A stretch of DNA of 64,000 nt. It comes from Octopus vulgaris (taxonomy: Eukaryota). The stretch covers positions 168,020,001 to 168,084,000 of the forward strand of contig OX597816.1 of assembly GCA_951406725.2 (NCBI GenBank), in the 5' to 3' direction. Under the pieces are notes generated by a model. That model searched no databases. It was not told where the DNA came from and worked only from the letters and a program-made list of their open reading frames with translations. The position numbers and the translations under genes are program-made. Below, one piece after another: positions 53,955-64,000 of this stretch. Positions within the stretch are counted from its first letter, which is position 1. Each line of letters begins with the position of its first letter.

Positions 53955-54150
53955 CTGTCTTGGAATAAAGGCAAATGCAATGACAATCATTGCCAGCATG
54001 AAAAGTTGTCCAAGCCAATAATCAGGAGAGAAATCTCCATAACCAACAGTAGTGAAGGTAACGATGACGAAATAAAAGGACTGGAATAAATTCAGTTGTT
54101 GTTCAGACTCATATGTTGTTGCTCTCTGGATATGCTGTATACCACAGATA
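53955..54150 (-). CDS. Slo2: Slo2 exon (turret, pore, S6): ICGIQHIQRA...FQSFYFVIVTFTTVGYGDFSPDYWLGQLFMLAMIVIAFAFIPRQ
   Basis: ttttattcag/gtatta, 196 nt, phase 2-0. Contains the K+ selectivity filter TVGYGD and the CGIQH motif. Confidence 0.98.
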
Positions 54151-54980
54151 CTGAATAAAAAATAAAATATATAAAATCATATGAAGTGGTAAAATAAGAG
54201 TTTATATTTTCATTCACTAATAAAAAATGAATTACTTGTAAGTCACAGCTAGTCAACAGTCACAAACTTTATTGGAATAAATTAACCTAATTAGACAATA
54301 CAAACTTAGTCACAGAGATGATTCAGAATGGAATGCAGAAATATGCTATAGGTCAGGGTCAGAATACAGAGGAAGCAGGTTATAGTCCCGGCCATACAAA
54401 TATAAGTAAATTTGGATCTCAATTTAGCAACGTTTCTTTTTTTTTAAATAATAAAAAGTGCTATGTTATGAACATTATCTAATGTTATTGTGACTCTCTC
54501 TTTACTTGTTTCAGTCATTTGACTGCAGCCATGCTGGAGCACCGCCTTTAATCGAGCAACTCAACCCCGGGGCTTATTCTTTTGTAAGCCCAGTACTTAT
54601 TTTATCGGCTTCTTTTGCCGAACCGCTAAGTAACGGGGACATAAACACACCAGCATCGGTTGTCAAGCGTGCCACGCAGTGGGACTGAACCCGGAACCAT
54701 GTTGTTGGTAAACAAGCTACTTACCACACAGCCACTCCTGCACCTATTAAATTGTAAATTTCTAAGAAAAGAAAATGGAAAAGACCTTTTTTTTTGCTTT
54801 CTTTCTTATTGGTTATTTTGATGTTTGCTATTTGAATTTATTGATAATCTCTTAGATAAAACAATTGTCATGGTTGAAAAGTAAAGTATGATAAATTTAT
54901 GCATCATCCTGCTACAGAATTAGCACCTATGACGGTAGGTGTTAATGAGAATTTATAGTTGGGCTACAAGAGTGCATGCA

Positions 54981-55016
<36 letters not shown>

Positions 55017-55340
55017 AAACAAATTGTGCATCAAAAAGATAGAGGAATGGGCTCATTTTTAGTAAATACCTATCTATTAACAGCTTAAGTAATTGCAATC
55101 TGTCACTGTTTTATACATTCTGAAGAATAAGATATCACAAATAATTTGAAACAATTTACTAGAGAATATAGTTATGTTAATATTAAGTTGAAAACAAACA
55201 TTAGCAACTGTGACATGGATGCATTTTAAACGTAACACAAATAGGTGTATTTGTAGAGAGTTTAAACGAAAATGCTAAGACTTAGTTAATGCTAGCAGAA
55301 AAGTTAATATATAAAAAGCAAAAACCAAAATGTATATTAC

Positions 55341-55444
55341 GTTGTAAATATCAAACAACAGAGGGAGCCAATTAACATGAAAAGTTGTTGACTGAGGCTT
55401 TCTGATATACTCTGAAAACGTTTCCCAGCGATATGAATATCATT
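55341..55444 (-). CDS. Slo2: Slo2 exon (S4-S5 linker, S5): NDIHIAGKRFQSISESLSQQLFMLIGSLCCLIFTT
   Basis: ttttttcag/gtaata, 104 nt, phase 0-2. Matches KCNT1 NDFHRA...LCLVFT. Confidence 0.94.
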
Positions 55445-56906
55445 CTGAAAAAAGAAAATTACAAGGTGAATAAGTTGAAGAAAAAACACTGCCAAACACT
55501 AAAGTTTAATACAGAAGATAAAAAGAGCTAAAAGTTTTTACATTTTATTTGTGAATCTGTATATAAATTAGGAGACCTCAGTGCAATAGAATAATACCAT
55601 AGAAAAATCTCCACATTTTCAAAAATAAATTTCATACAGGTGTGATTATGTGGTTAGATGTTTGCTTCCCAACCACATGGTTTTGGGTTCAATACCACTG
55701 CATGGTCCTTTGGGCTGACAAAAGTCTTGTGAGTAGATTTGGAAGATGGAAACTCAGTGTGTGTGTGTGTGTGTGTGTTGGACTTACACCGCACCATGCA
55801 CTGCTAGAAATAGACGCTAAAGCTCCTTTTAACACACCATATTGTAGGCAAGCAAAAGATTTTACCCTATATTAAAATTAATATTTGAATAAATTTTCTC
55901 CATGATCGAAACTGCATTTACTGCAGACTAGATCTTAACACACAACATGTAGGTACAAAAGAGGGATGTGAATTATACTTGGTGGGATATTTTTGTGAGT
56001 GTGGATGGATATTGGTCATCCGATGTCGCTGATCATGTGCATATTTCGAAATTCTTGCAAATTTATCTTTTTTTTAGTATTTCCGCTGATGATAGCAGTA
56101 AGTGAAATATTTTAATTTTACTTTAAGCTTGAAATCCAATTGGGTATGGAGTTGACCAACCTTGTGGATTCATTATTTTTCTTTTGCTTACCTACAATAT
56201 GGTGTGCTATTTCTCAGAAATTTTAAGGTGTTAATAGGAGCTTTAGTGTCTATTTTTAGCAGTGCATGATGAGGTGTAAAGCCAACCCCTTGTTATAATT
56301 ATGTATATAATTATGAAATATTTTGTAAAATGTACCTATGAGGTTTTTATTTCTGCACTGACCACCTGGTAAAATTATTATTGATTTTACCCTATATTAA
56401 AATTAATATTTGAATATATATATATATGTATATAATAGCAAAGGGTAAAACTAATTAATTAAGAAGTAATTAATAATTTCACCAAGTAGAATTCGGTGAA
56501 ATTATTAATTACCAAATTCTATTTGGTGAAATTATATATATATATCAATTTCACATGCATGAAGCCAGATTGTGTTTTAATGGTTGACCAAATATGCACT
56601 TATACCAGTTTTGAAAGCTCCTCATATATATATACTATATACATCATCATCATCATCGTTTAATGTTTGGCTTCCATGATGGTATGGGTTGGATGGTTTG
56701 ACAGGAGGTAGCCAGACAGAAGACTACATCATGCTTCTTCTGCTTGACCAGCTCCTGTCAAACCATCCAACCCATGCCAGCATGGAAGGTAGATATTAAA
56801 CAATGATGATCATAATTATGAATATGATATGATATAATGTAATGTAATGTAATGTAATGTAATGTAATGTAATGTAATATAATATAATATAATATAATAT
56901 AATATA

Positions 56907-56963
<57 letters not shown>

Positions 56964-58045
56964 GTGCAAGAATCTGCATATCCATCAGGCTAGAATGGAA
57001 AACAGGTGCAACATGCAGGAACACATCATCACATCCCAAAGAGATGCAAGAGGAGTAAGACCAGGACTCATCCCACATTGCAAAATTCCTCCATGCCACT
57101 CAAGCTGAAAGAGGAGGCCCTTCAAAGACATTATCTTCCCAGAAAGATCAACAACCTTATTCAGGTTTACTATCACAACTTTCAGATGAGGATCATTTCA
57201 AGATCCATAGTATCAGTGGCACAGGTTGGAAAGAGATATTATGACTGGCTGCATTATTTCAGTAATCCCTTGCCATGAACAAGATGTCAAGTCAGCAGAG
57301 ATAAAGTACCAAAGACCCCAAACAAAAATTCAGCATGCATCAGCCACAAATAAGAGTCTTCATGGATGACCGAACTGTAACAATTATCAACAGTTACTGT
57401 TGAAAGATAGATTTTTCAGGAATTTGAATAGCAAAAGCATGACATCTAGAAACTCTACTTTTCATTTATTATCTTCATCACAAAAAATTACGTAAGCAGC
57501 TCAAGTCTATATATATAGGCAGTATATTTAAGAAAGAATTACATATTCAAGACATTAACAAAATCTCAGATAAAACGGTATTGAAAGAATGAATCAACAG
57601 TAAGCAGCTTATAATTTTACAGTTTACTCAAATTAGTAAGTCCTCCTAAAATGCAACATTTAACAGCAATAACATACTAGCTCCATACAATACAGAGCAA
57701 AAAATATTAAGAATGATATTTAACTACAAGCATTTAGCATTTCTTATCTCACTGTTAAAACATTTCTTAAACTTCCATTTGCAATTTTATACTTGTAGAT
57801 ACATATACATTAGCAATTCTATATTCACTTTTATCTCAGAACATAATGTATTTCTTATTTTTTTCTTTACGTTAAAAAACTTCATACACCACAAAGTTCT
57901 CCTCACTAAATTATACATCTACTGAAATATAACAAAGCACAATATTTCTGCATTAATCCCATTTATTTACTACCTTAAAATAATTAATTTCAGCATGGCC
58001 TGTATTAGATTTACAAAATTTACTGATAAAAGTAAAGCAACTTAC

Positions 58046-58132
58046 AAAAAGAGTCAAAAACGCATCGTTAGCCAACCAGCAATTTAAAAAGGTTGGGTAA
58101 AACATGTTTTGTAATTTGTCTGGCCAAAATAC
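58046..58132 (-). CDS. Slo2: Slo2 exon (S4): VFWPDKLQNMFYPTFLNCWLANDAFLTLF
   Basis: tttttcag/gtaagt, 87 nt, phase 0-0. Carries the Slo2 signature PxFLNCWLA. Confidence 0.95.
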
Positions 58133-60714
58133 CTGAAAAATGTATCAAAAATAGAATATATTTAAATTTAAGTAAATGACTGGCATAACTTTGTAATTTC
58201 TATTTTATTATTATTATTTTTTTTTTGGTTCTAACAATTTAATATTTGGTAATAGATCAAAATAAAGTAATTAATAATTTAATGAATTCCTGAAACTATA
58301 GGTATTATTTCAAAATCTTTTCAATTCAATTACAAAACAACTCAAAATATATAATTGAAGGGAATGCCAACAGAAACCAGAAAAATTCCCAGGGGCTCAC
58401 AACACTCTATGTCTGGTCAATGGAGATCACGAGTGTTAAGGTTCTAGTAGGGTTGCTGTCAGCTCTACAGAGCCAACAGATCTAAGTACAACAGTGTATG
58501 TAAAGTGAGTGGAAATGAAGCAATCACTAATGTATTCATTTCTAACCTTATGTCAAACAGCTGCTATATTATATCTTTTTTCTTTTCTTTCTTTACCGAC
58601 CAGGCTATCAGATGTTGCTACACATCACTGGTCACAATGTGCTTCGCATTGTTTTAGCCTTCAAATGATGCCACCCCACTGGCTAAGCGAGCAGGCCAAC
58701 AGAAGAAAGAGTGAGAGAAAGTTGTGGCGAAAGAGTACGGCAGGAATCGCCACCACCCCCTGCCCGAGCCTCGTGGAGCTTTAAGTGTTTTCGCTCAATA
58801 AACACTCACAACGCCCGGTCTGGGAATCGAAACCGCGATCCTCCGACCGTGAGTCTGCTTCCCTAACCATTGGGCCATTGCACTTCCACGCTATATTATA
58901 TAGGATGTATAATATAGACCCATTGTAAAGATTTCCCTACTGTCTTAATTTGGCAAGGATGGTCAAATACGTTTCTTCATTTTGTGGCAACAACAAGAGA
59001 GACAGTAAGGTAAGAAAACTGAGAAAACCAAAAAAGATATCTCCAATTACCATCAACAAATAAATTAGTAAGCATTTTAGAAGATTATTTTTATTTCTTT
59101 TCAGTGACAATATGTCGACCTACTCAATCTTGATTGGCACTTTATGAATTTGTAACCATGGTAAATTGTAATAACAAAAATATATTTACAGCAGAAATGA
59201 AAAGATAAAAATGAAATGCCTGCAGATATTTATCTGATTATTTTCATTTTTAATATATCTAGGATTGTAAGGTGGTGAGATGGCAGGATCAACAGCATAC
59301 TAGGTAAAGTGCTTAGTGGCATTTCAGCTATCTTTACATCCCTAGTTCAAATTTTGCTGAGGTCTGCTTTGCCTTTCATCCCTTTAGAAGTCGATAAAAT
59401 AAATACCAGTTGGCACTGGGGTCAATGTAATCGATTTTTCCCATCCACATAAATTGCAGTTCTTGAGCTAAAATTTGAAACCAATATTGCTAGGGCTGCC
59501 TGCTGGAGCCTAGTGGCAGGTATTTAAAGGGAAAAATTTGACAAGACAGTCAGTCACCGGCTGACACTCACTGACAATACATTGAAGAGGCCAGGGAACA
59601 GAAGAAAGAAGACATGCACCCAACACCAGAGCTGAAGACACCTCCAAAAAGGAGGGGGGGGCAGCCATGTCAAAACGGTAGAGGAGTAGGGGCCGAAACC
59701 GGACATGGTTCCTCCTGATGATGTCTTGAGCTAACTGGATCCTATAAAGGAGCTGTTGTGGTAGCAGACCACGAAACATGGTTGTAATTCCTCCTAGGAC
59801 TGCATCCCAAAGATGATCTATTCTCTTCAGGGCCAGGAAATACTTCAGTTACCAACGATTGCTGATACTCTTCAAAGTTCAAATGAAACACACAATAGCA
59901 TATTATTCTCAACTGGTATTGCACACTCACAAATATTCTAGACTGCATACAAAAAAAGAATCTGCTCAACTGATCAACATACTGTCTCCTCTCTTTGCTT
60001 TTTCTATTACTTCTATGATGGCCTCTGCTTCATAGATCTCTGGTTTAGTGCCACTTTACACAAGCACTCCCAGCTCATTCGTCTCTCCTTCTCCCAACAC
60101 CCACATTGTCTCTAACAACCCAGGCATCACACAAACTATCACATTCATTCCTTTCTCTCCAGAATGCCAAACTTTCTTACTTGTAACACTTTAAATAGAA
60201 CATTAAGAGCATTGATCTCAATGGCCTCTGGGGGCCTAGCACTTTCTACAGACCAGATAATATATATCCATCTCTCTATCAATCTCTCTCTCTCTCTCTC
60301 TCTCTCTGTATATATATATATATATATATATAATTATTATTATTTGAGGGAATAAAATTCAAACTTACAAGGAAAAAGAATTCAATTTAGAAATACTAAA
60401 TCAAATTCCACACAATATAATATATATATAAACATTAGAAAAAAAACACCTTTTATCAATTCAAAATGAATAATTAAATTACACCATCTAGAAAATTACA
60501 TGTAATAGAAAAGTTAAAATTAAAATAACAATTAAAAAGTAAAGATTAAGTAAATTACAAAAATAATTACCTATTATATACATTATTATTTTTGAAATTT
60601 ACTTAATCATTACTTTTTATTGTTATTTTAATTTTAACTTTTCTATTATAAGTAATTTTCTAGATGATGTAATTTAATTATTCATTTTGAATTGATAAAA
60701 GGTGTTTTTTCTAA

Positions 60715-60779
<65 letters not shown>

Positions 60780-62001
60780 AAATATATAAAGTGAGAGAGA
60801 GAGGGGGACAAAAAGAAACAAAGACAGACAGACAGAGAATAACTGCAATATAAAGGATAACTGGATAACTTACTGAGAGCCACAGACAAAGTTTGTAGGT
60901 GGTGAAAAGTTACAACCAGACCTAGGGTGGCTTGGTGGTGGAACAATGTAGTTGACAGGGTCATTACAGCAAAGAAACAGGACTGGAAGGGTGGTGGTAG
61001 CTAGGAGCTATATCAGGCAGCTAGAACGGAACCTAGAAAGCAAGCATACTTAGCCAGGGGTGAAGTAGAAAGGAAGAAGTTTGCCAATGTTCAGCATTGT
61101 GAGGACCAGCAGCTTGAAGTGTCTTGGTTTGCAAGACAGTGAGCCAGAGAAAATTGTGATGTTGTGGGAGAGAAGTGTGTTCATACGGATGATGGTTCAC
61201 TTGCAGTTAGTGACTCTACAAAGAAAGAGGCTTGAAAGCGACACTATGAAGGACAAGGAGAAAGCTTTGACAGGGTCCTCTGCTCCCTTATCTGATGGTC
61301 AATGTGGAAACTAGGATAGAGGAGTGGTTGTTGAGAACTGGTCAAGCCATGTATATGGATGCAGTCAGAAAGGTAAGGGATGGCAATGAGTATAGTGATG
61401 GATTCAGGGTACATTCAGGGTGACATAGTCCTCAGTCCTATAGAACAGAAAAAAACTACAAGACAGTTTGGGAAACAATGGAAAAAAGCAAGGAGGGAGC
61501 AATATTAGGTAGCTGAGGTTTGCCAATGTTCAGTGAGGAGAGGATCAAAAGCTTGAGATTCTTGAAGAAAATTATATTCAGAATGGTGGTAATGAACTTA
61601 CCCTCATATATGACCAGAAGAAAGAAGTTCGCAAATGTTATTCTGAGTGGTTGGAAGAAAGAGTAACTACTCCAAGTAAACCACCCACCCACTCACTGTG
61701 CAATCAACAGCACTATTAAGGATATTAAGGCAGGGAAGGCAGTAACACAATTAAAAGAATAAATACTTCAGTTCTAAATTGTCTTAACTTTAAAAACAAT
61801 CCTAATCATGCCAATATGAGAATAGGTAAATGTGAGAAAACTTTAATCTATTTCTGAAAATGTGTGGTGATATTTACGGATCCAGCATATCATAAATTAA
61901 AATGTGCACTAATTGAATACTAATATCTAGCTTGAAATCAATAGCTAACATGTGATAAAAAAAATAGATCGAAGGATATTTCAATTAAATATACTACTCA
62001 C

Positions 62002-62076
62002 CGTGGCAACAACTGGGAGAGTACACAATACTTCAATAAGAGTGGTTGCTCTGAAAATTCTTTGAAGAGCCTTTTG
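62002..62076 (-). CDS. Slo2: Slo2 exon (S2-S3 region): QKALQRIFRATTLIEVLCTLPVVAT
   Basis: tttttcag acceptor, gtgagt donor, 75 nt, phase 0-0. Resembles KCNT1 [21 protein letters not shown]. Confidence 0.88.
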
Positions 62077-62229
62077 CTGAAAAATTTCAAAATTTCAAAT
62101 AATTAGATTTATAAATTACATCCTACAAGGGCATTTGGTTTTGTCAAAAAGAACACTCTTTTATTAAGATACTGACCAATATAAGCTGCCATAAAGTCAT
62201 GAGGAGAAAAATTACCTTGTTTAATGTTA

Positions 62230-62820
62230 AAGGACAATACAATGATATTAAGCAGAGCCAGATACTTTCCAATAGTGTTTATAATTTTCTTTGATGTTCT
62301 TTTCAAACATGCTTTTTGCAGCATCTCGTGGTTATACCGTTCCCACCACTCTTGCAGCAAAGGGATTTTTGCATCTCACAATTGCTCTAACATACTGTGC
62401 AAAGATTTCTGTATCAGAAAGTCATGATCAATTTACTCCATCTACTACCATCCATATTTGTCATTTAGAGACTGTTACCAAATTTGTGTACTTGAATTCT
62501 GCAATCTCAGGTAATTTCTCCTTCAAGAGAAAATTCAGACAATTGCTCCCTTGAGGCCAAAAAAGCTAATTGGTATCCAAATGTACAATGCTAGCATCAT
62601 GAGCACAGTCAACTACAGCAGAAAATCTTGGACCCTGCATTCCTGCCAACACTTTCACATATGCTATTTAAAAAATATTTTATGCATCTCACAATGTTGA
62701 AATCCCATTTATATATCCCCTCACTCTTTATACAATGACAATTGCATTGACTTAATTCCTAAAGACTTGCTCTTTAGAGAACTGGCTGAGGATAAAATCC
62801 CAAATATAAGGTTTTAGTAA
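62230..62820 (+). mobile_element. Highly decayed RTE-like LINE fragment
   Basis: FIIFFDVLFKHAF and LETVTKFVYL.S.IS motifs. A similar minus-strand remnant lies at ~39450-39900. Confidence 0.55.
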
Positions 62821-62897
62821 TCATTCAAAGTGATCTACAAATATAATCTTAAGTCATATGCTATTAATATCAAAATCTGAAAAACAATGGTCTAGAT

Positions 62898-63006
62898 CAG
62901 TGGCTCCCAAACTTTTTACAGTGGTTCCCAACAGTAGTTCCCAATCTTTTTATTTAAAGGAGTTTTCCCATGGACCCATTTTTATATGCTTATCCTTATG
63001 TATGTA

Positions 63007-63053
<47 letters not shown>

Positions 63054-63389
63054 TAGAAAGACATAAATCTGGAGAAGAAGCACACTAAGAAGTAGAGTAG
63101 TGTATATCTTTTCCTGGTGAAAGCTGGTTTATGGGGTTTAACTTTATGGCACATTGTCAGACCCCAAGATCTGTTGGCCAATGACCCCTTTAAAATACAG
63201 ATGGGAAAAGTCTAGATTATCCCCCTTTGCCGATAGCAATTAGCAAAGGGAAAATAATGCAGACTTTTCCCATCTGTGTTTTAAAGAGGTCATAGGCTAA
63301 TAGGTCTCGGGGTCTGATGATACACCATAAAGTTAAACCCTTATGGACAGGCAACCCAGGGTAACCCCATAAACTGGCCTTCACCAGGA

Positions 63390-63437
<48 letters not shown>

Positions 63438-63517
63438 TTTTGAATTTAGTTCACAGACCCTCAGTATTACCTTTGTGGACCACTAGGGGTTTGCAGACCA
63501 CAGGTTGGGAACCACGG
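62898..63517. mobile_element. Non-autonomous hAT (Charlie-type) element with nested fold-back
   Basis: TIR CAGTGGCTCCCAA / TTGGGAACCACGG and TSD GTCTAGAT/CTCTAGAT. Confidence 0.8.
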
Positions 63518-64000
63518 CTCTAGATGAAAATAAAAACTGGGAAGAAAGGGTGCAGATAGAACTTTGCAATAGATAGAAGTTATAAAGCTGTAGTTAGAAG
63601 AAATCAATAATTCTCTGTGCTGTTGTGGCAGCAATAACAAATCCAAATTGGAGATTTTTTTACAATTTTTACAATAGCTTTCCTTGGAAGATAAGATAAA
63701 ACTGCAAAAGAGTATGTAAAGAAAAATTTGGTCATTTCTAAATACAAATGAATAACTTCATGAAATGTAACTGTCATGTAATAGGCAAGCAAGTGCATTA
63801 TCACAAGAATTGTTGACTTGCATGTGTATGAGACAATTTAGTAAAAAGAGAAAGTTATGTTTGTTAGAATATTGTGAAGAGGAGAATATTTAATTCCACA
63901 TATCACACTTTGTCAGAGGATGAGAAAATATAAGAAAATTTAGTATGATAGAAAGACAGTGAGAGACAATAAATAGAGAGAGAGAGAGACGGGGAGGATG

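Noticed and set aside
62109-62360. Hydrophobic minus-strand reading with a gtaat donor at ~62215 as a possible S2 exon
   Set aside because: It overlaps a plus-strand LINE remnant, has no convincing acceptor and shows only vague similarity to Slo2 S2. The upstream exon is probably outside the window.

Overview
AT-rich, repeat-dense eukaryotic genomic DNA. The SINE families and microsatellite load suggest an octopus (inference, not checked). The whole window lies inside one minus-strand, multi-exon gene for a Slo2/KCNT-family (Slack/Slick-like, Na+-activated) K+ channel. I assembled 13 GT-AG exons with mutually compatible phases, running from about S3 through the TTVGYGD pore, RCK1 and the linker to the start of RCK2, plus one candidate cassette exon. 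Both ends of the gene lie outside the window. The introns hold several SINE families, non-autonomous Helitrons, piggyBac-, hAT- and Merlin-like MITEs, decayed Tigger, mariner and hAT transposons, RTE-, R4- and Penelope-like retroelement remnants, and many fold-back inverted repeats. The most unusual signal is a set of minimal type I hammerhead-ribozyme folds in these intronic repeats. One is canonical (48630-48682). A four-copy family has a core reading GUGAACA instead of CUGANGA, a compensatory G3:C8 swap of the catalytic C3:G8 pair (best copy 39076-39126, sense to the channel pre-mRNA). Most ORFs in the supplied track are microsatellite or SINE artefacts. All calls were made by eye, without database searches, and repeat boundaries are approximate unless TSDs are given.
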